32,000 bases of DNA, taken from Vibrio vulnificus CMCP6 (lineage in GTDB: Bacteria; Pseudomonadota; Gammaproteobacteria; Enterobacterales; Vibrionaceae). Positions 8,833-18,201 of the stretch are shown in pieces. The notes under the pieces are model-generated. The model did no database searches and was not told where the DNA came from. It saw nothing but the letters and a program-made list of their open reading frames with translations. The stretch spans positions 360,001-392,000 of the forward strand of contig NC_004459.3 of NCBI RefSeq assembly GCF_000039765.1. Direction: 5' to 3'. Each line of letters opens with the position of its first letter. The first letter of the stretch is position 1. The position numbers and the translations under genes are program-made.

Positions 8833-9237
8833 ATGAAAGATTTAATAATTAAAAGCATTATTTTCGGAGCAGTAAAAGGCGAGCTTAGAAGAAGTGTTAT
8901 CGAAGTTATCAAAAACAACAAAACTGCATACGAAGCTGCCCAAGATCTAGGCAACATCAACAAGCAGGCTACGATAAGAAACAATATCGATAAAGTTATA
9001 CAAGCATTTAATATGTTGATTTATACTGAAGTTGCAAGCAAGGTAGACCCGACCGACACGCACGAGCTGGTTGTCTACAGCGAAGGTGGCAGCACACACT
9101 ACAAAAACAATCTTTCTACGCTTTTGAAATATATCAACTACAGAAAAAATCTTTTCGAGCTGGAGTTTGAAATAAATAAAGTAAGAATAGAAGATAATGA
9201 AGTTATTGAATCAGAGACAGTATTCTCTTTTAGATAA
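8833..9237 (+). CDS. Hypothetical protein (134 aa)
   Basis: Intact ORF followed by a terminator. Confidence 0.6.
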   Translation: MKDLIIKSIIFGAVKGELRRSVIEVIKNNKTAYEAAQDLGNINKQATIRNNIDKVIQAFNMLIYTEVASKVDPTDTHELVVYSEGGSTHYKNNLSTLLKYINYRKNLFELEFEINKVRIEDNEVIESETVFSFR

Positions 9238-9244
9238 CAAAGTA

Positions 9245-9268
9245 AACCACCGCATCGGTGGTTTTTAC
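9245..9268 (+). terminator. Rho-independent terminator
   Basis: AAACCACCG-CAT-CGGTGGTTT + T-run. Confidence 0.75.
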
Positions 9269-10208
9269 TTTTGGGCATTTCTAATTTTTTTACTTTTCTT
9301 TTTTCAATTTTAAAAAGTAAGAGACTTGTCGTTTTAAGCGTGTTACTTTTCAACCTCGGCATGATACAAAAATATAAAAGCAACAAGTTGTGTAATTAAA
9401 TTACAGAAAAGAAATATTGAAATTTTATTGACCGATATAATCATTTATGCATTCCATGGCTTTAGGTGTGGTTTATATGAAATTATAAAAACCCCAATGC
9501 AATGCCAACCCCAAAGCCTTATAATGACAATTTTTTAATGTAATCACATTACAACAAAAACAGCCCCTTTATTTTAAAATCTAACAGACTTAAAAAGCAA
9601 AAATACCGCAGATTTTAAAATCCAGTTATCCATTTAACATTTTCAAGGTTTTAGTAATTTCAGCTACTTCATCAGTCTTATGATAAAAACGACTCTCATC
9701 ACTTACGAACCTACATTTGTGCAGCAAAGAACACTGTTCCACAGCTATCTCAGATAAAGCTGAATCAAGCTCTAAAAGCTCTGTGTTACCTCTCGCTGTT
9801 GCTTTTACTGCTTCTCTTAATTCAATAGAACCATCGATCATCAAAAAATAAAGATGCTTATAATTAGCATGCGTATAGCTGCTGTAGTAACAGTTCTCGA
9901 CAGCAATTGTTTTCGAAGCTGGGTTGCTATCAAGTACGTTTAAATCGTGTCTAAGCGTTGGATACCAAAATGCTTCGTAACGTCCCTTATGTGCATGAGA
10001 AATCTAAGAAATGCTGGGTTTCTTCTTTGCTGAAACAGCTAAACCCTCTTTTCATGCATTTTTATCGGTGTATGTATATGAAATTGGGGAATTATGCACG
10101 ATAGGTAGCCCTACTGCCGACCCGACACATCCTAAAACACTTAGTAGGATAAGTGCGGTATTTTCTTTCTAATGTCCTTGACGATCAAACCGTTTAGTTC
10201 CAAAATAA

Positions 10209-10224
10209 CTGTATATATGTACAG
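10209..10224. promoter_or_regulatory. LexA (SOS) box
   Basis: CTGTATATATGTACAG, matches CTGT-N8-ACAG, 11 bp before the umuD start. Confidence 0.9.
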
Positions 10225-10235
10225 TTATTTTTATT

Positions 10236-10649
10236 ATGAAAGTTATCCCTATCTTAGCAAGCGCTGGTATTACAGGCTTTGAAAGCCCTGCTGCTGAATA
10301 CAGACAACTAGGAATGAGCCTTGATGAACTGCTAGTTGAGCATCCAAGTGCTACATTCATCGGACAAGCAATGGGGGAATCTATGCAAGAAATTGGCATT
10401 TTTGATGGTGACTTGTTGATTGTAGATCGTCACGTTGCCGTCCAAAACCTTGATGTAATCGTGGCCAATTATAATGGTGAGTTCGTTTGTAAAATGCTAG
10501 ATATGACACGTCGATCACTCTTATCTGCAAATGAAACAATGATGCCTATTTGTATTCATGCTCAAGATACATTTTCGATTGAAGGTGTAGTGATTCGATC
10601 TATCCGTTGTCACCGCCCAAGCTATTTACTCTCATCTCGTAGAAAATAA
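10236..10649 (+). CDS. umuD: UmuD-like SOS mutagenesis S24 peptidase
   Basis: Autocleavage context SAGITGFESPAAEY, catalytic Ser in GESMQEIGI, Lys in FVCKML; LexA box; followed by umuC. Confidence 0.9.
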   Translation: MKVIPILASAGITGFESPAAEYRQLGMSLDELLVEHPSATFIGQAMGESMQEIGIFDGDLLIVDRHVAVQNLDVIVANYNGEFVCKMLDMTRRSLLSANETMMPICIHAQDTFSIEGVVIRSIRCHRPSYLLSSRRK

Positions 10650-11905
10650 TGTTTGCCCTAGTTGATGCTAATTCCTTTTATTGTAGTGCTGAGCAAATTT
10701 TTAGACCCGAGTGGAGAGGTAAGCCCGTAATCGTTCTGTCGAATAATGATGGCTGTGTCGTTGCAGCTAATCGTCAAGCTAAAGAAGCAGGTATAGCAAA
10801 GTTTAAACCTTACTTTGAAGTCAAAGCGTTGTGTGAGTTGAAAGGTGTAATTGCTCTATCATCTAATTATGAACTTTACGCAGATTTGTCGTCCAAAATG
10901 ATGGATGTTATCGGGCGGTTTGCGCCTGAGCAATATATATACTCCATTGATGAATCATTTCTTTCCTTTCATCGCTGCTTTCCTGCCATTAAAGACTTAC
11001 GAGAACATGGCTCTTTAATCCGACGAGCCGTTTGGAAAGAGTGTCGATTACCAGTATGTATAGGTATGGGAACAACGCTAACCCTCGCCAAAATTGCCAA
11101 TCATGCAGCTAAAAAAATTCAAGGCTGTAAGGGCGTTTGCGTTATCGACAATGAACATCAGCGTACCTCTATATTAAAGCAGCTAGAAGTTGGTGATGTA
11201 TGGGGGGTGGGCAAAAAAATATCAACACGATTAAAACATATGGGGATTAACTCGGCTTATGATTTGTCTCAGTATGCCCCAGAACAAGCACGTCGAGAAT
11301 TTTCAGTCGAAGTTGAAAGAACCGTTCGTGAATTAAATGGTGTCGCTTGCAAGGGCTGGGACACAGCTAGAGCTGATAAAAAGCAGATTTACTCAACTCG
11401 TAGTGTTGGAACAAGAATCACCGACCTTGAACTACTGAAGCAAGCACTAAGTAAACACGCCGCTATAGCAGCACATAAAGCACGAAATCAAAAGTCGCTG
11501 TGTAAAGCTATGCTCTGCTTTGCTTCCAATTCACCATTCGATGATAAACCTCAGAGCTTCCGTATAGTTCATCATTTTGCTTATCCAACTGCTGACTCAA
11601 TGCAGTTGGTCAAAATTGCTACACAGGCAGCAACACAATTGTTCAAACCTGGTGTACGTTATTACAAAATTGGCATCGGCTTGATCGATCTAGTTAATGG
11701 GCAGCACGAACAATTAGATCTGTTAAATCAAACTCCGAGTAATGATAAGTTAATGAAAGTGTTTGATAGTCTTAATAATCGGTATGGCACTGATACGCTT
11801 TTTGTTGGTTCCCAAGGCATAGAGCAGAAATGGAGCATGCGGAGAGAAATGCTTACTCCGCAATATACAACCAACTGGCTAGATATACCTAAAGTAAGGT
11901 GTTAA
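10649..11905 (+). CDS. umuC: UmuC-like Y-family DNA polymerase V subunit
   Basis: MFALVDANSFYCSAEQIFRPEWRGKPVIVLSNNDGCVVAANRQAK, YSIDESFLSF, GIGMGTTLTLAKIANHAAK. Confidence 0.95.
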   Translation: MFALVDANSFYCSAEQIFRPEWRGKPVIVLSNNDGCVVAANRQAKEAGIAKFKPYFEVKALCELKGVIALSSNYELYADLSSKMMDVIGRFAPEQYIYSIDESFLSFHRCFPAIKDLREHGSLIRRAVWKECRLPVCIGMGTTLTLAKIANHAAKKIQGCKGVCVIDNEHQRTSILKQLEVGDVWGVGKKISTRLKHMGINSAYDLSQYAPEQARREFSVEVERTVRELNGVACKGWDTARADKKQIYSTRSVGTRITDLELLKQALSKHAAIAAHKARNQKSLCKAMLCFASNSPFDDKPQSFRIVHHFAYPTADSMQLVKIATQAATQLFKPGVRYYKIGIGLIDLVNGQHEQLDLLNQTPSNDKLMKVFDSLNNRYGTDTLFVGSQGIEQKWSMRREMLTPQYTTNWLDIPKVRC

Positions 11906-12182
11906 CAGTTCAATTCTTAACAAAGGTGTATTTTCTGTGAGCTGCGTTAGTACACCTTTGGACAGAAATGAGTTTTGGAAAATCAAACATTAGCAAATGA
12001 CTAATAACTTCAGGTATGACAAATAGCTAAACATGATAGAAAAACTGCCACCAAAAAGCAAAAGACAAGACCTGACCCTATTGGTTTTTACTCTGGAATA
12101 TGCAACCACATTGAGTTAAATTATTTTATATGAATCAGATGTATAGTAAGCTACAAAAAATTACAACAGATAAAACGGAAGC

Positions 12183-12845
12183 ATGTCAGAGAATACCCCC
12201 GCTAGTCCTAGCATCTACAAGGCAATCTTTTTTGTAAGCTTAATCACATGCTCACTTTTTTGCATTGTGCTACTGGCGCTACTCGTATGTTTACCTTCCC
12301 CATCACTGCTATCTTACCTTGGCTATGCCGACTCAGTTGCACTTGCTAATGCTGATAATATCAACGATCCATTCACATCCCACATTATTGGTGAATTAGT
12401 CAAGAGTGGGACATTAATCAGCCTTAAAGATGTCTGGTCATTTCAAACTGGCTTTTATCAAACAATAATCACCGTCCTTATAGCTATTAACGGTTTGATC
12501 GCTGCAATATCCGTGATTTACATCAAAAGCACATCAGAAGAAAAAGCTGAAGAAATCACAAAAAAATATATGCATAGTGATACGTTCAATCACGTACTCA
12601 ATACAAAAGTCGAGAATGAAGCAGAATCACGGCTTCGAGTTGTGCAAAGCGATCTAAATGCTACTGCTAGTGATTTTGAAAGGTCATTAGGAACTGTCGA
12701 TGAAGCTCTAGAACGATTGCAACTTTTAGAAACAGAAAACCAAAGCCTACGCCAACAAATAAAGGTCATTTCGGAACGTGTAGCTCAGTTAGATATATCC
12801 GAATCTGAAGGCAAAGAATCCCTACTTGTCAAAAAGGAACAATAG
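12183..12845 (+). CDS. Two-TM membrane protein with long C-terminal coiled coil (220 aa)
   Basis: Hydrophobic segments near residues 15-45 and 90-115, then a heptad-rich region. Confidence 0.7.
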   Translation: MSENTPASPSIYKAIFFVSLITCSLFCIVLLALLVCLPSPSLLSYLGYADSVALANADNINDPFTSHIIGELVKSGTLISLKDVWSFQTGFYQTIITVLIAINGLIAAISVIYIKSTSEEKAEEITKKYMHSDTFNHVLNTKVENEAESRLRVVQSDLNATASDFERSLGTVDEALERLQLLETENQSLRQQIKVISERVAQLDISESEGKESLLVKKEQ

Positions 12846-13388
12846 ATGGCATTCGTTAGAAAATCTGGTAGAAAAACTCAAACAACTACAGAATTTGAAG
12901 ATTTGTCTACACCTGAACATCTAATAGCACTTGCTGAAGACAAGGGCTTAGAAACTGACCCTGTCAATGTATCTGAATTAGCCAAACATCTAGGGATTAC
13001 CGTTAGATACGAGCCAATGCAAGATGAAGAATCAGGCTCGCTTAAAAAGGAGAAAAAGTCAGGTAGTTGGGTAATGACCGTTAATTCATTACACCATCCG
13101 CATAGGCAAAGGTTTACAATAGCCCACGAAATTGCACATCGAATTCGTCATGCTGCTAACAATGATTGCTTTGAAGATACAACTTTCTTTAGAAATGGGG
13201 AAACAAACTGGATGGAAGCTGAGGCCAATGATTTTGCAGCCTCACTATTGATGCCTAAAGATGCTTTCGATAATTTCATAGCCAACGTATCATCAAAGGT
13301 TGAAGATGTTGCTATGCACTTCCAAGTATCTTCTCATGCAGTTCGAATTAGAGCCAAAGTTCTTGGTTATGACGGACATAATCTATGA
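12846..13388 (+). CDS. ImmA/IrrE-family metallopeptidase
   Basis: RFTIAHEIAHRIRH (HExxH) and downstream EANDFAASLLMP motif. Confidence 0.92.
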   Translation: MAFVRKSGRKTQTTTEFEDLSTPEHLIALAEDKGLETDPVNVSELAKHLGITVRYEPMQDEESGSLKKEKKSGSWVMTVNSLHHPHRQRFTIAHEIAHRIRHAANNDCFEDTTFFRNGETNWMEAEANDFAASLLMPKDAFDNFIANVSSKVEDVAMHFQVSSHAVRIRAKVLGYDGHNL

Positions 13389-14459
13389 GTGAATTTGTCT
13401 ATTTCCCGATCATAAAAACTAGAGATGGCGAACTCCGCTGTTTTGAACACATCAATGATGATGATTTTTCAAAGATTTTGCCAATTTACGAACTAACCAA
13501 ATCGAGAAAAACAAAAAAAGCACCTGATGGTGATATATATCGCCGTATGAAGCAAATTGCTGAAATTCAGAAGAAGCGACCATTTATACTTGATTTGAGT
13601 ACAAACGAAAAATATATCAACCCTCAGATTGAGCAATTGTTATCAGAACACAACGGCTTTAAAGAGTGGCAGTATTTTCTGTTTGATCTACATTGCGACT
13701 TAAACATCATCCCGATGGTTCACTTGTATGAAGATGATGACGGTAAGTTCGAAGACGTTGAAGAATTCGTAAGAAGTGCTTCTGCAAGAACTAATTGTCT
13801 TGCGGTTAGATTGCCATATGACTTAAGTGACGAAGAAGTTGAATATTATTTAACCCCTATAACAAGAAACCTGAACGAAAATTGTAAACTCTACGTAATT
13901 CTAGATGCTGAATTCGTAAGAAAGAAAGCCATTAATGATGTAGTTGATACTTTCCTTGAAGCATGCTCGGGTACGGAGTCTTTCGCTGATAAAATAGAAG
14001 ACGTTGTAATGCTCTGCTCTAGTTTCCCATCGAATGTTGCTCAAACTGGTGGCGAAGCATATTGCAGGTGAGTTTAGAATCTGTGAAGAAGATATCTATC
14101 AGGGTATTAGTGAAGAGTTCCCAATCAAATATGGCGACTACGTTTCAATTAACACCGAACAAATTGAAATGAAAGGCGGTACTTTTGTACCTAGGATTGA
14201 TATTGCATCTTTAGACGGAAAATCGTTCACCTATAAAAGATACCGTCGAAACAATGGTGGGTATGTTAGAGCCGCAGAGCACACCGTCAGAGATACAACA
14301 TCATATAAGCCGCTTGGAGTGTGGGCTGATGAAGAGATCCAAGCAGCAGCAAATGATAATCCATCAGGTATTAGCCCTGCATTTTGGATATCAGTTCGCA
14401 TGAACTACTACATTAAAAGTCGAATTTTACTCAGAGAATCAGACGATTCTTCGTTTTAG
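13385..14459 (+). pseudogene. Beta-family protein, apparently split by a frameshift near 14030-14071
   Basis: N part VYFPIIKTRDGELRCFEHI...RPFILDL; C part (ORF 14034-14459) SEEFPIKYGDYVSI...YKPLGVW. The two ORFs overlap in different frames. Confidence 0.65.
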
Positions 14460-15062
14460 TAATGACGGAGCTTTCTTTGTAATTGTGTATATGTCATCCG
14501 ACGTCAAATGAAGGGTGGTTTCTTGTTTCAACAGTTTTGAAGCTACCCCATATCTTTCATTAAAATCGTTTCTTGATAACTGTCTTAATGACTCTAACGT
14601 ATTGTTTTTTGATACGTAGTCGCATAATTCGTGCTTCGATCTTAAATTGCTTCCTTTCGATAGAGCACTCAACTTTTGCACACTTAACGCACTGGCTAAC
14701 ACTCTTTTATCGTGTCGTTTGAACTGTTTTGATTGGCGAACATGAGTAATTTTGCCATTTTCGACCAGAAAGATGCCAACATCTCTTGAAATCGTTGCTC
14801 GTACTTCAGCCAGATTGCTTGGTTCACACACAACAAAGCAAAAATCAAAAAACTTTTTATAACTTTCAATTTGATAATTCAACCTAGATACAGTGTCACG
14901 AGCACCTTTTATTTCAAAGGCAGTTAAGTAGCCATCATCCAGCAATGCTAGATCCGCTCGTCTTTCACCAAATTGAAATGAAAATTCAGAACCAACAACA
15001 AAATTTTCATACTTTTCTAGAAAGTACCTTACTATTAGTTTTTTAATTTCTAGCTCTGTCAT
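14439..15062 (-). CDS. sce7726-like protein with restriction-endonuclease-like core
   Basis: FGERRADLALLDDGYLTAFEIKGARDTVSRLNYQIESYKKFFDFCFVVCEP; D...ExK pattern. Confidence 0.65.
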   Translation of the reverse strand: MTELEIKKLIVRYFLEKYENFVVGSEFSFQFGERRADLALLDDGYLTAFEIKGARDTVSRLNYQIESYKKFFDFCFVVCEPSNLAEVRATISRDVGIFLVENGKITHVRQSKQFKRHDKRVLASALSVQKLSALSKGSNLRSKHELCDYVSKNNTLESLRQLSRNDFNERYGVASKLLKQETTLHLTSDDIYTITKKAPSLLKRRIV

Positions 15063-15077
15063 CTATGCCACTTTAAC

Positions 15078-15093
15078 TGTATATACAAACAGC
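15078..15093. promoter_or_regulatory. Putative LexA box upstream of the sce7726-like gene
   Basis: CTGTATATACAAACAG fits CTGT-N8-ACAG; 15 bp upstream of the start at 15062. Confidence 0.6.
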
Positions 15094-15639
15094 ATTATCG
15101 TATATCACTAGCCTATCAGCAAGCATATTGTTGACACCTTTTTTATTGTTATTTCTCCCGAACTTCGAGGTCAGGTCTTGTCTTTTGACTCTTATTACTT
15201 TTTGTATATCAAAGTTGACTGAGTATCATTGTGTGATTTGAAGGCGTAACTAATTTTGGGGCATTTTCGTGTTTCATGCCCTGTAGCACACTCTTGGACA
15301 GATACGTGTTTCGGGTAATCGAATATTAGCAATTCACGAATAACTATAAGTATGGAAAGTGCTTTAGTTCAGTATCCAGTATGGATGGTGTATATCACCG
15401 CCGCTGGGTGAAGCAAAAAAATTAAACAAACAATCGGGTGGATATCTGTTGACGGCGCATCAACGAGTTGACATGGTCGAGAGTTGTAGACGGTATTGAA
15501 ACGAGAACAAATAGACATTGAAGGTGACACTGCCTTTGAGCGATTCTAAGCACTCGCAGGATAATTGTACCTAGAGGATAGGTCTGCCGCGTCTTTCACT
15601 ATATTTGCGACAGACCCCATCTAACGACTTAAAATATCA

Positions 15640-18201
15640 CTAAATGATGCGGCATTTGCCATTTTCTAAGTCGTTTATGAATTTTTTGTACTTACCAACT
15701 TCGGTAGTATCATTTTCAATGTATAGAACGGAAATTAACTCATTTCTTTTATATTTTCGTTCATGAATCACCTGTTTAATAGGTGTATTTTTAATTATGA
15801 TACCTTTAACGTTTTTTCGTATATTGTCTACTTCTTTCATATTAAGCCTAGCATGAGCAACGTTCTCAACGGTTATTTTATCTAGTAGATTATCGAGTTC
15901 TTTAGCTAGTGATACCTTTTTATCAGTATTTTTTGAACGAATCATTCTAATGTACATTATTCTTATAAGAATGACCTTAGTTGAGGTTGATGAGAGAACA
16001 TCTAGGCTATGAACTAAGTCTGATAGCGATATTGCTTGTTCATCTTTACCTTCATCATATAGTCTTATTATTTCACGTTCAAAAATCTCAGCATCGATTA
16101 TTTCTGGTGTTGAGCTATAATTTTGAATACCTTGAAAGTATAAAGACCTTGCTTCTTCATTCTGTGGTTCCAAATATGTAGAAAACTTATTGCACAAAAA
16201 TTCAAATTCAGGGTCTATAATTTCTCTATCTAATGATTTAATAAAGTTTAACGTAGATATCCACCTTTCCTTTTTAGACTTATTTTGTAAATCAAGCACA
16301 AGACACATGATTAAGTTGTGGAAAAAGTCAATATTTAGTGATTCTGATTGTTCAATTATTTTTTGTATACATTTTAGATATTCCAAAAATCTATCATCAT
16401 CAAGACATTGAGATAGGTTTATAAAAGATTTTATATGAGTGTCTTTCAATAGGTATGGGTTGGAATTTTTATTGGAAGTGTGGATTTTTTCACTCTCATT
16501 AACCTTTAGGAATATAGAATCCCAAAATAAATCACAGTCTTCATCTTTTTCATATCGCATAATAGAAGGAACTATAACATCCAGTCCAACAGCATACTGA
16601 CATGCACTATCTATATGCCGTTCAGAATTCATATTATCTAGCTCTTGAAGAATCATACTTGCAATATATAATACTTCCATAATTGAATTCTTTATATCAA
16701 TTAAAGGTTCATTTTCAACTGATATAGATAATTCTTGAATTATTGATTTACAAAGTCGTATTATTTCATCGGTATGATTATTATTAGACTTTAACAGAGC
16801 TAGACAATAATCTACTGTTGCTCGATACTTCAATGAATCTAGCTCTTCGCCACTAACTAAAATTGATAGCTCTTCGATAGCTGGCTCTATAGAGTTTGTT
16901 TTAAAAAAACTAAACCCAAGCATCCAAGAAACTTCTCTTTGATCTATTTTTTCTACGTCTTTTAATAACTTGCAATACTTAATAGTATCAGTATATTTAG
17001 CATTAAATAGCGTACAAGCAGCTAGCTTGTAACGAATAAAATCCAACATTTCATCGTTGATTTCAGACTCAATTAATGTCAGAAACTGCTTTTCAGCGGC
17101 TATATATTCTTTTTTATTGAATAGTTCTAGTGTTGAGTCAATAGATACATAACTATTTAGACTTAGACTACTTAACCAGGTTTCAGATAGACTTGCTTCA
17201 ACTACTCTATTTTTAAATGCTACAGATTCGTCAGCTTCAGATGGAGCAGCAATGCCCGCTAAATATAACTTAGACCTTATGTGATCGGATACTGGTTTAT
17301 TGTAGTGCATTGAAAATAAACCACTTTGTAAATCTTTATCAGCAGATGCAAGAACTCTTATATGATCTATTGGTGGTCGATCATAATTTGAAAGATATAG
17401 GTCTTTTATTACAGAGTTAATTGAATCAACATCAATATTTATACCAGCTTTTACCTTGTCTTCTATAGTAGATAAAACTTCCCATGACATTCTAGGATTC
17501 CCCTGAATCCAATAATAAATACGCTCAATGACAATATCGTTCAGTTCTAATTTTGACTTCTCGACAAATAAACGAAACTCGCTAAGGCTAAAATCAGTTA
17601 AGAATATTTTCTGACCAATGTTAAATGGTGATATAGATTTATCTTTTATTATCTCACTTGGTTCGGCAACACCAGATATTACATATGTTAAACGCTTTAA
17701 CTCTGGGAAGTTTACTCGCTCGAAATATACACTTCTAATATGTGCGAATATTTTATCAGAGTAATCTGATGAAGTAAGGGAATCAATTTCATCAAGGTTG
17801 ATAATTAGTTTTCCAGAAATTTTATTTAGTATCTTTCTTATTTCAAATCCATGTTCTTTATGTGATGGTATTTTTCTGTTGTTTCTTCTGTTTTCTATTT
17901 CTTCTTCTATATCTTCCAATTTCTCATAGTTAGATTCAATGATTGTGTCTATTATACTTCTAAAACACTCTCTTGCTGTATCAAAACGATTAGATAGATC
18001 TATATAAGCAAAGATATCATTCTCAGTTTCAAGTTTTCTTTTTGTATGGATTAATAAATTTGTTTTACCCATTTGTCTAGATACTAGTATGTATCCAGGT
18101 CTCCCCATATCATTGACTATTTGCTCAATCTGCCTATCTGCGTCTCGTTCTATATATAATTCTCTAGGAATTATTGTTTCTGATATTAATTTTTTAGTCA
18201 T
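15640..18201 (-). CDS. AAA-like ATPase with long helical/TPR-like C-terminus (853 aa)
   Basis: YIERDADRQIEQIV...GYILVSRQMGKTNLL (Walker A), KLIINLDEIDSL (Walker B), ISGVAEPSE, then about 550 aa of helical repeats. Confidence 0.8.
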   Translation of the reverse strand: MTKKLISETIIPRELYIERDADRQIEQIVNDMGRPGYILVSRQMGKTNLLIHTKRKLETENDIFAYIDLSNRFDTARECFRSIIDTIIESNYEKLEDIEEEIENRRNNRKIPSHKEHGFEIRKILNKISGKLIINLDEIDSLTSSDYSDKIFAHIRSVYFERVNFPELKRLTYVISGVAEPSEIIKDKSISPFNIGQKIFLTDFSLSEFRLFVEKSKLELNDIVIERIYYWIQGNPRMSWEVLSTIEDKVKAGINIDVDSINSVIKDLYLSNYDRPPIDHIRVLASADKDLQSGLFSMHYNKPVSDHIRSKLYLAGIAAPSEADESVAFKNRVVEASLSETWLSSLSLNSYVSIDSTLELFNKKEYIAAEKQFLTLIESEINDEMLDFIRYKLAACTLFNAKYTDTIKYCKLLKDVEKIDQREVSWMLGFSFFKTNSIEPAIEELSILVSGEELDSLKYRATVDYCLALLKSNNNHTDEIIRLCKSIIQELSISVENEPLIDIKNSIMEVLYIASMILQELDNMNSERHIDSACQYAVGLDVIVPSIMRYEKDEDCDLFWDSIFLKVNESEKIHTSNKNSNPYLLKDTHIKSFINLSQCLDDDRFLEYLKCIQKIIEQSESLNIDFFHNLIMCLVLDLQNKSKKERWISTLNFIKSLDREIIDPEFEFLCNKFSTYLEPQNEEARSLYFQGIQNYSSTPEIIDAEIFEREIIRLYDEGKDEQAISLSDLVHSLDVLSSTSTKVILIRIMYIRMIRSKNTDKKVSLAKELDNLLDKITVENVAHARLNMKEVDNIRKNVKGIIIKNTPIKQVIHERKYKRNELISVLYIENDTTEVGKYKKFINDLENGKCRII

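Noticed and set aside
9626-9844. 72-aa minus-strand ORF as a real gene
   Set aside because: Plausible composition but isolated, with no operon context or recognisable family; not reported as a feature.
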